Source: Devosia sp. (GTDB lineage: Bacteria; Pseudomonadota; Alphaproteobacteria; Rhizobiales; Devosiaceae). From it: a stretch of 64,000 bases of DNA. How positions within the stretch are numbered: position 1 is the stretch's first letter; each line of letters starts with the position of its first letter. Location: NCBI GenBank assembly GCA_035565135.1, contig DATMSY010000021.1, positions 17,589 through 81,588 of the forward strand, read 5' to 3'. The translations under genes and the position numbers were made by a program. The notes below the pieces were generated by a model that searched no databases, was not told the origin of the DNA, and saw only the letters and a list, made by a program, of their open reading frames with translations. This document shows, piece after piece, positions 46,026 through 56,094 of this stretch.

Positions 46026-46808
46026 CTATATTCTGGTTGCACTAATCGCGAAGCGCTCTGAAGCGAGCCGCTCCGCTGCCCGCCAAAAAGGCATTTTGCG
46101 GGCCTGCGCCCAGTGGATGTCGCCCAAGTTGCGATCGACCACGATGTCCACAAAGCCTGCCGTCTTCAACAACGACACCACGGAGTCGGCTGGCATACCG
46201 TTGCTGAAGTAGACCTGCTCGCGGATACGCCGGTGGCGGGCTGCCATTGCCGGCTCCATGTGCCCCTTCGGAGAGGGACGGCGCAGAACGCGGTTCAGAC
46301 CGTTGTGCAGTCGCGAAACCCAGCTTTGTCGCCCCATATTGCCATCAATGATCAGCAGCTTACCGCCGGGCTTAAGCAGCCGGTGCCACTCGGCGAAGCA
46401 GGCGGGCACGTCCACCAAGGTCCAGACCAGGTGGCGGTTGGTGATGGCATCATAGCTTGCGTCGGGCTCGCCGGTCTTTTCCGCGTCACGCATGATGAAG
46501 CGAATGTCGGCGCCGCGCTTGGCTGCTTTGGCACGAGCCTGCTCCAACATGGCCTCCGACCAATCCGCCCCCGTGACCTTGAAGCCCATATCATTCATCA
46601 AATGCGAAATGACCGCGGTACCGCATGCCAAGTCTAGCAACGGTCGCGCTTTGCCGTCGCCAAGGTGCTTGCGAATGAGCCGATGCCAGCCCCGCCGCTC
46701 GGCCTCACTGAACACTTCGTGACCCACACTCTGGTCGAATGTAGCAGCCCGTTCGGACCAAAATTCGCGGATCTCATCACGAATTGAATAATTGCTCAGC
46801 TCGCTCAT
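46026..46808 (-). CDS. Class I SAM-dependent methyltransferase
   Basis: LDLACGTA, DWSEAML, RHLVWTL and LKPGGKL motifs. Confidence 0.92.
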   Translation of the reverse strand: MSELSNYSIRDEIREFWSERAATFDQSVGHEVFSEAERRGWHRLIRKHLGDGKARPLLDLACGTAVISHLMNDMGFKVTGADWSEAMLEQARAKAAKRGADIRFIMRDAEKTGEPDASYDAITNRHLVWTLVDVPACFAEWHRLLKPGGKLLIIDGNMGRQSWVSRLHNGLNRVLRRPSPKGHMEPAMAARHRRIREQVYFSNGMPADSVVSLLKTAGFVDIVVDRNLGDIHWAQARKMPFWRAAERLASERFAISATRI

Positions 46809-46823
46809 GGGCATACCCAACTT

Positions 46824-46865
46824 GTTGGAATCGCTCTAAAAGATATTTCTTGATTCTATTTGTCA
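46824..46865. promoter_or_regulatory. Irr ICE-like box and RirA IRO-like box
   Basis: GTTGGAATCGCTCTAAA at 46824-46840 vs the ICE consensus TTTRGAA-N3-TTCYAAA; TGA-ttctatttg-TCA at 46851-46865 fits TGA-N9-TCA. Confidence 0.6.
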
Positions 46866-46908
46866 TATTTCATAGGCCGGGATGTCTTTCAATACCGGAG
46901 TGCGTGGC

Positions 46909-48054
46909 ATGTCCATTCGCAACATCGCCCTGGTCGCCTTGGCCGGGACCGTCTTTCTCTTGCCTGTCGCCAGTTTTGCAGAACCCTTCACGGTGACCGA
47001 TGTTGCCGGCCGCGAAGTTGCTTTTGACGGCCCCGTCGAGCGCGTCATCCTCGGTGAAGGCCGGCTGATCTATCCCCTAGCTGCGATCGAGACCGAGAAT
47101 CCGTTTGCCCATGTCGTAGCTTGGCGCAACGACCTCAACACCACCGACCTGACCGGCTACAACAATTACGTCGCAGCCTTCCCCGAGGCAGCCGACATTC
47201 CCTTCCTAGGCAATCTCACCGACGGCACACTGCAGGCCGAAACGGTGGTGGACCTGGCACCCGATGTGATGCTTCTCACCATCGGCTCCAAGAAAGCAGC
47301 CGACGAAGTTAAGCTCGAGGACATGCTCGCTCAGGTCGGAGTGAAGCTGGTCTATGTCGATTTCCGCGAGCACATCATCGACAATACCGAACCCAGCCTG
47401 CGCGTGCTGGGCCAGCTTTTCGACAAGGAAGAACGCGCCCAGGAAATCATAACCTTCTGGGACGAGCAGACCGCTCGCGTAACGGATGTTCTGGCCAAGG
47501 AAAATCCGGAAAAGCCGCTTGTCTTCATGTACCGCGCCGCCGGATTGGGCGATTGCTGTGGCACGTTCGGCAATGACAATTACGGCAAGATGGTCGAGAT
47601 GGCCGGTGGCATCAATCTCGGTTCGGAATTCCTGCCCGGTTATACCGGTACGATCAATCCCGAACAGGTCATTGCCTCCAATCCCGAAATCATCGTGGTG
47701 ACCGGGTCCGACTGGACCAATTCGCCATCGACCAGCGCTGATGGCCCGTCCTACGTCAATGTCGGCCCGAATGCCGCCGCAACGGCCGATGACAGCCGTG
47801 CCGCCCTCGCTGCCCTGATGGAACAGCCCGCCTTTACCGACGCGCAGGCCGTCCAGAACAGCAAGGTCTACGCCATCTGGCATCAGTTCTATGCCAGCCC
47901 CTACCAGTTCGCGCCCATCCAGCAGATGGCCAAGTGGTTCCATCCCGATCTCTTTGCCGATCTGGACCCCGATGCAACCTTCCGTGAATTCCACGAGCGG
48001 TTCCTGCCCGTGCCTTACCAGCCCGGCTACTGGCTGGCACTGAACGAGGAATAA
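46909..48054 (+). CDS. Iron-chelate/cobalamin-type (class III) ABC substrate-binding protein
   Basis: Signal peptide; VTDVAGREV, PEQVIASNPEII and AKWFHPDLFADLDP motifs. Confidence 0.9.
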   Translation: MSIRNIALVALAGTVFLLPVASFAEPFTVTDVAGREVAFDGPVERVILGEGRLIYPLAAIETENPFAHVVAWRNDLNTTDLTGYNNYVAAFPEAADIPFLGNLTDGTLQAETVVDLAPDVMLLTIGSKKAADEVKLEDMLAQVGVKLVYVDFREHIIDNTEPSLRVLGQLFDKEERAQEIITFWDEQTARVTDVLAKENPEKPLVFMYRAAGLGDCCGTFGNDNYGKMVEMAGGINLGSEFLPGYTGTINPEQVIASNPEIIVVTGSDWTNSPSTSADGPSYVNVGPNAAATADDSRAALAALMEQPAFTDAQAVQNSKVYAIWHQFYASPYQFAPIQQMAKWFHPDLFADLDPDATFREFHERFLPVPYQPGYWLALNEE

Positions 48055-48057
48055 ACC

Positions 48058-49125
48058 ATGGCTACGGCAACCGCTGATGCTGTTGTCCAAGAAGGGCGCG
48101 GTCTTTACCGCGCCCTGGCCTGGCGGCGCATTCTTATAATTGCCGGCTTTGCCGTAGCGTTGACGCTCAGCTTCACCGTGGATATCGCCTGGGGACCGGC
48201 GCGCTATGCGCTGCTCGACGTTGCGACCGCCATCGTTTCGCCGGCTAGCGTCTCTGACAAGATCCGGGTCGTAGTCTGGGATATTCGCATGCCCATGGCG
48301 CTGATGGCCATCATCACCGGCGCTTCGCTATCGCTGGCCGGCGCCCAGATGCAGACTATCCTAGCCAATCCGTTAGCCAGCCCCTTCACCCTCGGCATTT
48401 CCGCTGCGGCCAGTTTCGGCGCTGCTATTGCCATTGTTGCGGGCGTATCGATTATCCCCTTCGCCACCAATTTCATGGTGCCGGTCAACGCCTTCGTCAT
48501 GGCGCTGGTCGCCACACTCATCATTCATTTCATCTCCCAGGCCCGCGGCGTGACCGTGCAGACCGTGGTGTTGCTAGGTATCGCGCTGGTCTTCACCTTC
48601 AATGCGCTGCTGGCCTTCCTACAATACGTTGCCTCCGAACAGGCCCTGCAGAGCGTTGTGTTCTGGACTATGGGCAGCCTTACAAAGGCGACGTGGGAGA
48701 AAATCTGGATCACCACAGCCGTGCTGGTCTTTGCCCTGCCGCTGTTCGCGCGGCATGCCTGGGCGCTGACCGCCATCAGGCTGGGCGAGGATAAGGCCGC
48801 CAGTTTTGGTGTGAATGTGCGCCGCATCCGGCTTGAAACCATGCTGATTGTTGCCCTGCTTGCCGCGGTTCCGGTTAGCTTTGTCGGCACGATCGGCTTT
48901 GTCGGCCTTGTCGGCCCCCATGTTGCTCGTATGCTGGTGGGCGAAGATCAGCGCTTCTTCCTGCCCACATCCATCATGGCTGGTGCCTTGCTGCTTTCGG
49001 CAACTTCGGTGGTCTCCAAATCCATCCTGCCAGGCGTAGTATTTCCCATCGGCATCATCACTGCCCTGGTCGGGGTACCTTTCTTCTTCTCGCTCATTCT
49101 CTCCAATGTGAGACGATCATGGTAA
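48058..49125 (+). CDS. FecCD-family ABC permease
   Basis: MQTILANPLASPFTLG, FWTMGSL and GTIGFVGLVGPH motifs. Confidence 0.95.
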   Translation: MATATADAVVQEGRGLYRALAWRRILIIAGFAVALTLSFTVDIAWGPARYALLDVATAIVSPASVSDKIRVVVWDIRMPMALMAIITGASLSLAGAQMQTILANPLASPFTLGISAAASFGAAIAIVAGVSIIPFATNFMVPVNAFVMALVATLIIHFISQARGVTVQTVVLLGIALVFTFNALLAFLQYVASEQALQSVVFWTMGSLTKATWEKIWITTAVLVFALPLFARHAWALTAIRLGEDKAASFGVNVRRIRLETMLIVALLAAVPVSFVGTIGFVGLVGPHVARMLVGEDQRFFLPTSIMAGALLLSATSVVSKSILPGVVFPIGIITALVGVPFFFSLILSNVRRSW

Positions 49126-49913
49126 CCATCGCGCTCAATGATCTCGGTGCCTATTACGGGCGACGCCTGACCGTGTCGGGCATTACAACGCCCACCTTTA
49201 CCTCGGGCGAGATCGTTGCTGTTATCGGCCCCAATGCGGCAGGCAAATCTACGCTCTTCAAGCGCATGGCCGGCCTGTTGCATGGCCCGGGCAGAGTGCA
49301 TGTAGAAGGTTCCGACAAGGGCAAGCGTGCCATCAGCTATATGCCGCAGGATACCTCGGCCAACGCTGTCCTTACTGTCTATGAATCCATTCTGCTCGCC
49401 CGCAAGCAGGGATCGTCTTGGAAGGTGAGCGACGGGGACCTGACGCTGATCGATAGCGTGATGAACGCCATCGACATTACTGATATCGCTTTCCGCAATC
49501 TGGGCGAGCTTAGTGGCGGCCAACGCCAGTTGGTGGGCATCGCACAGACGCTGGTGCGGGAACCCGATATCCTGCTCATGGACGAGCCCACCAGCGCACT
49601 GGACCTGCACCGCCAGATGGAAGTGCTCGACTTCATGCGGCAGGTGGTGCGCACGCGCGACATGATCGTCTTCATCGCCATCCACGATCTAAACCAAGCT
49701 ATGCGTTTTACCGATAAGGCAATGGTGATCGAGCGAGGAGCCCTCAGAGGTGTGGGGCCTACCGATGAAGTTATAACCCAACAACTGCTGCGGGACGTAT
49801 ACCGGATTGATGCCAGGATTGAGGCCTGCTCGCGCGGACAGTTGCAGATTATCGTCGATAGCGTGGCCAAAAGCGCGGACCAAGCAAAACCCTCGGCTCC
49901 TAAGGCCGCTTGA
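49119..49913 (+). CDS. Iron-chelate ABC transporter ATP-binding protein
   Basis: GPNAAGKS, LSGGQRQL, DEPTSALD and HDLN motifs. Confidence 0.95.
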   Translation: MVTIALNDLGAYYGRRLTVSGITTPTFTSGEIVAVIGPNAAGKSTLFKRMAGLLHGPGRVHVEGSDKGKRAISYMPQDTSANAVLTVYESILLARKQGSSWKVSDGDLTLIDSVMNAIDITDIAFRNLGELSGGQRQLVGIAQTLVREPDILLMDEPTSALDLHRQMEVLDFMRQVVRTRDMIVFIAIHDLNQAMRFTDKAMVIERGALRGVGPTDEVITQQLLRDVYRIDARIEACSRGQLQIIVDSVAKSADQAKPSAPKAA

Positions 49914-50176
49914 GAGCTCGCGATTCCACTAGATCGAGCCGTTTCGTCCCATTTCAGTTAACACCATCCCGACAAGTCCCTGAAAGCGCTCCATTTCGGT
50001 GGTTCGGACCGCTTTGGCGAATTGCTAAATGCGGACCGACTGTTGGGTGAGAAAAGTCGACAGCGGCTATTGGGCCCGATGTGGGCGGGCGCGAGCGGTA
50101 GCCGACAAACTGGCAGCACAGTGTGCAAGGCTTGAGTTTGGTCGGCAGTTACATCAAGCTCCTCCATGCTTGGCTC

Positions 50177-50902
50177 TCACACCCCTAAAAACCCTCCATC
50201 GACTGGAAGCACTGCGCCCGAGATCATGGCGCTGTCGTCGGACAGCAACAGCGCGATGCTGCTCGCCACTTCCTCCGCGGAGGCAAAATGCCCCAAAGGA
50301 TGTCTCACCATCATGGGCCCGCTCTTTTCGGGATCGCTCCATGCGGCAGCGGCCAATTCGGTCAAGGTAATGGTGGGCGCGACGCAATTGACGCGGATGC
50401 CGTGAGGGCCAAGTTCCTTGGCGAGCACTCGACTGGCCCCTTCGAGGCCGGCCTTGGAAGCGGCGTAGCACAGGTGGTCCTGGAAGCCGCGGTGCCCGGC
50501 TATCGAGGTAATGTTGACGATCGCCCCGCCGCCACCGGCAGCGATGCGAGCCCGTGCGAACTCCTGGCAGGCAATCAGGGCCGCGCGCAGGTTCGTCCCC
50601 AAAACGGCTTCATAGCCGGCCTCGGTCATGTCCAGAACGCTTTCCAGCACATTGATGCCGGCGCTGTTGACGAGATAATCGCAGGTGCCGGCCTCTGCCA
50701 TCACTCGTCTCACCGATTGCGGATCGGCCAGGTCGGCCGTGACCGACCGGCAGCCGATTTCTGCTGCGACGCTATCGAGATCGGACCGCGTACGACTGAT
50801 GGCAATGACGTCCGCGCCACGCGCCGCAAGCAGTTGCGCGGTCGCCCGCCCGATCCCTTTACCCGCGCCGGTGATGATCACTGACCTGCCTGAAAAATCC
50901 AC
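50177..50902 (-). CDS. SDR oxidoreductase, L-xylulose/D-erythrulose reductase-like
   Basis: TGAGKGIG, YAASK, ELGPHGIRVNCVAPT, WSDP and LPVDGGFL motifs as in the DCXR family. Confidence 0.8.
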   Translation of the reverse strand: MDFSGRSVIITGAGKGIGRATAQLLAARGADVIAISRTRSDLDSVAAEIGCRSVTADLADPQSVRRVMAEAGTCDYLVNSAGINVLESVLDMTEAGYEAVLGTNLRAALIACQEFARARIAAGGGGAIVNITSIAGHRGFQDHLCYAASKAGLEGASRVLAKELGPHGIRVNCVAPTITLTELAAAAWSDPEKSGPMMVRHPLGHFASAEEVASSIALLLSDDSAMISGAVLPVDGGFLGV

Positions 50903-50934
50903 GCGGCCCTCCTGCCTTTGTGCGATGCCGTGCT

Positions 50935-51666
50935 TCAGACACGGTCGAAATTGGTTGGCAGTACGATCATGTCACGGATCGTGACGCTGCGCTTGCGCGT
51001 CAGCATGTAGACGATGGCATCGGCGATCTCCTCCGGATCCATGATGCTTCCGCTCTCCCTGGCCTTGCGGAGGTTCTCTTCCGGCCAGTCCGCCAGCAAT
51101 GCCGAAGCTACCGGCCCCGGGGAGACTTGAGACACGCGGACACCATGCGGGATCATCTGCCGGCGCATGCCCTGCACGAAGCTCGTAACGGCCCATTTTG
51201 AGCCCGAATACACGGGCTCCCAATATGTCGGGAAATGTCCTGCGATCGAACTCGTAACGACGATGTCGCCGGTCTTTCGGGAGATCATGTGCGGCACGAC
51301 GGCATGGACATTCTTCATAACCGCGTTGACGTTCAGGTTGAGCATCTTGTCGATCGCCTCTGGCGTCGTCTCCGTGATCTCGCCGCCGATATAGGTGCCG
51401 GCATTGCAGTAGAGGATGTCGATGTGCGGAACCTTGGCGAGAATTTCCGGCACCATCCTGCCACAGCTCCCCGCATCCAGCAGGTTGGTCACCTGCGGCA
51501 CGGCGCGCGGGCCCAGATCCATTGCCAATTCCTCGAGCTTGTCGCCGTTCCAGTCAACCATCACGACGGTGGCGCCTTGCTCCAACAGTGCCTTTGTCGT
51601 CGCAAGGCCGATGCCGGACGCCGCTCCCGTGATGGCGGCGATTTTATTCTGAAGTGTTTCAGCCAT
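50935..51666 (-). CDS. SDR oxidoreductase, probable ribitol 2-dehydrogenase
   Basis: AITGAASGIG, LNLNVNA, TSSIAG, WEPVYSGSK, PGPVASALLADWP and VTIRD-IVLP match the RbtD family pattern. Confidence 0.78.
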   Translation of the reverse strand: MAETLQNKIAAITGAASGIGLATTKALLEQGATVVMVDWNGDKLEELAMDLGPRAVPQVTNLLDAGSCGRMVPEILAKVPHIDILYCNAGTYIGGEITETTPEAIDKMLNLNVNAVMKNVHAVVPHMISRKTGDIVVTSSIAGHFPTYWEPVYSGSKWAVTSFVQGMRRQMIPHGVRVSQVSPGPVASALLADWPEENLRKARESGSIMDPEEIADAIVYMLTRKRSVTIRDMIVLPTNFDRV

Positions 51667-51719
51667 CGTAATTCTCCTGATGGAATGAATGATCTTCTGG
51701 GATGAGACCGGCCGATGGG

Positions 51720-52760
51720 TCAGTTCAGGCGGAAGCCCTGCGCGTTGAAGAGGTGAGCCCTGGCGGTGTCGAACGACATCGTCACCCGATCTCCAGGCTT
51801 GAGGTCAACCCGTTCACGCACCACCGCAGCGATGGTTTTCTTGCCCAGCCGGCCGATAAGGTGGGTCTCGGGGCCGGTGGGCTCGACAAGGACAATTTCG
51901 ACGTCGAGCCCGTTGGGATCAAGAGCTATGTGCTCCGGCCTGATGCCGAGCGTGGCGGTCTCCTTCGGCAGAACGAGTGCAGACATTACCGTTCCATCCT
52001 CAGTCTGAAATCCTTCACCCTCTGCGTGGCCGGTGAGGAAGTTCATGGCCGGCGAGCCGATGAATTCCGCTACGAACAGGTTGACGGGTCTATCGTAGAG
52101 CTCGAGCGGGGATCCTGCCTGCTCGATAATGCCGTCGCGCATGACGACTATGGTATCGGCCATGGTCATCGCCTCCACCTGATCGTGGGTGACGTAGATC
52201 ATGGTCGTGCCGAGCCGTTGGTGCAGTTCCTTGATCTCCGCTCGCATCTGTACGCGCAGCTTGGCATCGAGGTTCGAGAGCGGCTCGTCGAAGAGAAATA
52301 CCGCTGGGTCGCGCACGATCGCTCTTCCCATGGCCACGCGTTGGCGCTGGCCCCCGGAGAGCTGGCGAGGATAGCGATCGACCAGATGGCCGAGGTCGAG
52401 GATCTCGGCTGCTTTGGCGACCTTGCTGGCAATCTCGCTCTTGGGTGTGCCCTTGAGCTTGAGCGAGAAGCTCATATTGTCCGCCACCGTCATATGCGGA
52501 TAGAGCGCGTAGCTCTGAAACACCATGGCGATGTCCCGGTCCTTGGCAGGGAGATCGTTGACGCGGCGATCGCCGATCAGAATCTCGCCCTCGTTCACTT
52601 CCTCGAGGCCCGCGATAGTCCGCAGCAGAGTGGACTTGCCGCAGCCCGAAGGGCCGACGAGAACCACGAACTGCCCATCGGGAATATTCAGCGACACATT
52701 TTTGAGGATCTTCACCGATCCGAAATGCTTGTCGAGCTGTCGAATGCTCACGTCGGCCAT
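51720..52760 (-). CDS. Carbohydrate ABC transporter ATP-binding protein (MalK/UgpC-like)
   Basis: GPSGCGKS, VFQSYALYPHM and LSGGQRQRVAMGR motifs. Confidence 0.95.
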   Translation of the reverse strand: MADVSIRQLDKHFGSVKILKNVSLNIPDGQFVVLVGPSGCGKSTLLRTIAGLEEVNEGEILIGDRRVNDLPAKDRDIAMVFQSYALYPHMTVADNMSFSLKLKGTPKSEIASKVAKAAEILDLGHLVDRYPRQLSGGQRQRVAMGRAIVRDPAVFLFDEPLSNLDAKLRVQMRAEIKELHQRLGTTMIYVTHDQVEAMTMADTIVVMRDGIIEQAGSPLELYDRPVNLFVAEFIGSPAMNFLTGHAEGEGFQTEDGTVMSALVLPKETATLGIRPEHIALDPNGLDVEIVLVEPTGPETHLIGRLGKKTIAAVVRERVDLKPGDRVTMSFDTARAHLFNAQGFRLN

Positions 52761-52775
52761 GGTGCTTTGCTCCGA

Positions 52776-54245
52776 TCAGGCTGGAATCTGCAGCATGCAC
52801 AGGGCATGAGGCGGGATGGAGTAGGCGCCGTTCCGGTCCTTGAGCGTCGTGGTCCGCGGCGTCACGGCAGTGGGGGCTTCGACTGAATTGAAGGAGTCCT
52901 TCGACGCGCCATCGAGAATGGTTGCCGACCACTCGCCCCCGAGCGCCTGGCCATCAAGGACAATTCGGCAGTCGGCCGCATTGGCAGGATCGCGGTTGGC
53001 GAGCGCCACCGTCGTTCCTTGGCCGTTCTTGCTGACCACGGCATCGACCTTGGCCACGCTCTTGCCGTTGTGCGAGAGGCTTGGGCCGCTGACGCGCGCG
53101 TCGATCATCAGCTCGCGGATCATGTCGACGTACATCTTCATGGTGTGGAAGGTCGTGCGCTTCACGATGCCGTCTTTGTGGACAAAGAGCGGGCCACGGG
53201 TGTTCACGCTAGGCGCCATGTTGGCCATGGTCACGACGTCGGCATTGCGTAGGCAAGAGTTGAGGAACGAGGCGGAAAAAAGCGCATCGGCCATGGTGTA
53301 GGTCTGCGGAATGTCGTTGCGGTCGCGCGCATCGATCTTGTCCTGGCCGGTGCCGTCGGGGTGGTGCCAGCCGCGTAGGTTCCATTCGTCGAAGGCGATC
53401 TTAACCTTGTCGGTGAAGCCTGCAGAGCCAATGACGTTGCGGGTGCGGTCGATCATCTGGCCGGGCTCCTCGGACCGCATCATGCAGGTGAGATAGTCCT
53501 TGGGCTGATCGACCTCATGGGTGTGGTCCCAATAGCCGTGGATGGAAACGAGGTCGAGATAGCGGCCCGCCGAACGCAGGAGCGCCAACGTCCATTCGGT
53601 ATCGGGCACGGCTGCCGCCGAAAGGATGATGTCTTCGTCGACGGCCCGCATCATCTTGGCGGACTCGGCGACGTAGGGGCCCCATTCGGACACGGTCTTG
53701 GCGCCGATCTGCCAATCGCCATAGCTCTCGTTGCCGACGCCCCAATATTTCACGCCGAACGGCTTCTGGCTGCCGTTCTGCTGGCGCTGCATGGCATAGC
53801 GGGTGTCGTAGCGACCGTTACAGTACTCGACCCAGTTACTCATTTCCTCGGCGGTGCCGTTGCCGCCATTGGTGCAGATATAAGGTTCGCAGCCGACCTC
53901 CTTGCACCAGGCGATGAATTCGTCGGTACCGAAGGTGTTAGGCTCGGGTACGCGCCAGGCCTTGTTGTAGGACGCGATGCGGTTCTTGCCGACGGCTTCG
54001 TACCAGTGATGGTCGGAGACGTAATTGCCGCCAGGCCAGCGCATGATCGGGGTCTTGAGCTCTTTCATCGCCTCGATGACGTCCATGCGGAAGCCGCGAT
54101 CGTCCGACAGGGGCGAGCCGGGATCGTAGAGGCCGCCATAGATTTGGGTGTGGAAGTGCTCAATGAAGTGGCCGAAGATCATGCGGTCCCAGTGTTGTCC
54201 GCCCAGACGGGCGTCCGCGACGATCGTTGTGGTGGTGTTAGACAT
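52776..54245 (-). CDS. GH51 alpha-L-arabinofuranosidase-like glycoside hydrolase, no signal peptide
   Basis: FGHFIEH, RWPGGN, FGTDEF, WGVGNE (acid/base) and AFDEWN (nucleophile) motifs. Confidence 0.92.
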   Translation of the reverse strand: MSNTTTTIVADARLGGQHWDRMIFGHFIEHFHTQIYGGLYDPGSPLSDDRGFRMDVIEAMKELKTPIMRWPGGNYVSDHHWYEAVGKNRIASYNKAWRVPEPNTFGTDEFIAWCKEVGCEPYICTNGGNGTAEEMSNWVEYCNGRYDTRYAMQRQQNGSQKPFGVKYWGVGNESYGDWQIGAKTVSEWGPYVAESAKMMRAVDEDIILSAAAVPDTEWTLALLRSAGRYLDLVSIHGYWDHTHEVDQPKDYLTCMMRSEEPGQMIDRTRNVIGSAGFTDKVKIAFDEWNLRGWHHPDGTGQDKIDARDRNDIPQTYTMADALFSASFLNSCLRNADVVTMANMAPSVNTRGPLFVHKDGIVKRTTFHTMKMYVDMIRELMIDARVSGPSLSHNGKSVAKVDAVVSKNGQGTTVALANRDPANAADCRIVLDGQALGGEWSATILDGASKDSFNSVEAPTAVTPRTTTLKDRNGAYSIPPHALCMLQIPA

Positions 54246-54279
54246 AGTTGCCTCTGAATTTACTTGTGGTTGAGTTCGA

Positions 54280-55119
54280 TCATCCGCGGACGGCGCCTGC
54301 CGTCATGGAGTCGATGATCCTGCGGTTGAGGAAGAGATAGAGCGCGATGGTCGGCAGCACCGACACGACGATCGCCGCATAGGTAGCCCCATAGTCGCGC
54401 CGGCCCATATCGCTGACGAAGTCGTTGAGACCGACTGGCAGCGTCTTGAGGGCGTCGCTGGTCAGGAACGTGTTGGCGAAGACGAACTCGTTCCAGATGA
54501 AGATGAAATTGTAGACCACGATGGTGATGGTGGCATTGATCGAGAGCGGCACCGCCACCGACCAGAAGGTGCGGAACACTCCCGCGCCATCGATGGACGC
54601 AGCCTCCAGGAGCTCGTTGGGAATGCCGCGGAAGAACGAGGTGTAGAGATAGATGGCAACCGGCAGTTGGAAGCCGACCTGAGGCAGAACGACAGCCCAG
54701 TAGCTGTTCCTGATGCCCAAAAAGCCGAGCGACTGGAAGATCGGCAGCAGGGCCACGAAGACCGGGATCATCAGTCCGAGCAGGAAATAGTTCAGCACGA
54801 CCCGGCTGCCGCCGAAGCGCAATTTTTCGATGGCATAGGCCGCCGGTGCGGCCAGCAGGATCGTGAGGCCGATGGTCAGGACGGCAATGATCGTGCTGTT
54901 GAGCAGGTAGTGGAGCAGTGGGCTCGTCTCGAAGGCCCGCACGTAATTGCCGAAATAGAGGCTGTCGGGGATCAGGCGATTGGAGGGACCTCTGGCGAGT
55001 GCCTCCGGGGTCTGCAGCGACGCGGATACGACCCAGACGATCGGGAAGACTTGGATGATGAGGAAGATGATGACCAGCAGGATCGGCAGCCAGGTGGCGA
55101 GCTTCAAACGGGCAAGCAT
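54280..55119 (-). CDS. Carbohydrate ABC transporter permease (MalG-like)
   Basis: ELLEAASIDGA, WNEF and C-terminal GAVRG motifs; alternative TTG start at 55128. Confidence 0.92.
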   Translation of the reverse strand: MLARLKLATWLPILLVIIFLIIQVFPIVWVVSASLQTPEALARGPSNRLIPDSLYFGNYVRAFETSPLLHYLLNSTIIAVLTIGLTILLAAPAAYAIEKLRFGGSRVVLNYFLLGLMIPVFVALLPIFQSLGFLGIRNSYWAVVLPQVGFQLPVAIYLYTSFFRGIPNELLEAASIDGAGVFRTFWSVAVPLSINATITIVVYNFIFIWNEFVFANTFLTSDALKTLPVGLNDFVSDMGRRDYGATYAAIVVSVLPTIALYLFLNRRIIDSMTAGAVRG

Positions 55120-55124
55120 GGGGT

Positions 55125-56018
55125 TCAACCAGTCTTCTCGGTGGCGCTGAACGCCTTGCGGATGATGGCGACGATGAGCAGGCATTCGATCACAAGGAAG
55201 ATCGCGATGGCGCTGCCGTAGCCAAAATTGGATTGCCGGAACAAGGTCTTGTACATGTAGGTGGAGACGAGCTCGCTGGAGGTCCCGGGCCCACCCCCGG
55301 TCATGACGAAGGGGATGTCGAAACCGCGAAGGGTGCCGCTCACGACCAGAACGACGCTGGCGGCGATGGTGGCCCAGATCAGTGGGAGCCGAATGAGAAA
55401 GAGCTGCTGAAGCCTGTTCGCACCGTCCATTTCGGCTGCGGCCAGCACGTCCTGATCGAGCGACACCAACGCCGAGTAGAAGATCGCCATATAGATGGCG
55501 CAGAACTTATAGGCATCGACCGTCGTGACGATGAGGAGGGTGAGTGAGGTGTTCGACAGGAATGGCTGTGTATTTTCACCCAGGCCCATCGACCGCAGCA
55601 TACCGTTGATGAAGCCTTCGGGGTCGGCGGACAACAACTGCACGAAGATCTGTGAAATCGCGACCGACGAGATCACCGCAGGGAGGAAATAGGCCACCCG
55701 GACGATGTTGCGGAACTTGGCGATGCTGATCAACGAGACCGCCATGGTCATGCCGATGACGAGTTGTATCAGCGAACCGACCAACGAAAAGAAGACGTTG
55801 TTAACCAGAGCCTGCCGGAAAACCGTGTCGTCCAGCATGTTGAGGTAATTGACGCCTCCGGTGAAGCGCCATTTGCTCAGCCCGTTCCAGGCGCCCAGGC
55901 TGAGATAGAAGGACCAGGCAATCGGTATGATGACCACGGCCGTGAACATGATGAGCGCCGGGGCCACGAATAGCCAACCCGCCCAGCTGGGCGTGCCCAG
56001 CAGTTGATTTTTGCGCAC
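55125..56018 (-). CDS. Carbohydrate ABC transporter permease (MalF-like)
   Basis: AAAEMDGA, MTGGGPG and GYGSAIA motifs; GTG start after GGAGG. Confidence 0.92.
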   Translation of the reverse strand: MRKNQLLGTPSWAGWLFVAPALIMFTAVVIIPIAWSFYLSLGAWNGLSKWRFTGGVNYLNMLDDTVFRQALVNNVFFSLVGSLIQLVIGMTMAVSLISIAKFRNIVRVAYFLPAVISSVAISQIFVQLLSADPEGFINGMLRSMGLGENTQPFLSNTSLTLLIVTTVDAYKFCAIYMAIFYSALVSLDQDVLAAAEMDGANRLQQLFLIRLPLIWATIAASVVLVVSGTLRGFDIPFVMTGGGPGTSSELVSTYMYKTLFRQSNFGYGSAIAIFLVIECLLIVAIIRKAFSATEKTG

Positions 56019-56094
56019 GTTGCGCCTCCACTCGATGGGTGTCCTTCCCCCGCGTAAGGGAGAAGGCGCTCTTGGAGGTTGGGAGGAGTGTCGA

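Noticed and set aside
46026-46808. Methyltransferase as the modification partner of the nuclease-like gene (R-M system)
   Set aside because: No DPPY/NPPY or PC motif; small-molecule type; it shares its promoter region with the iron ABC operon
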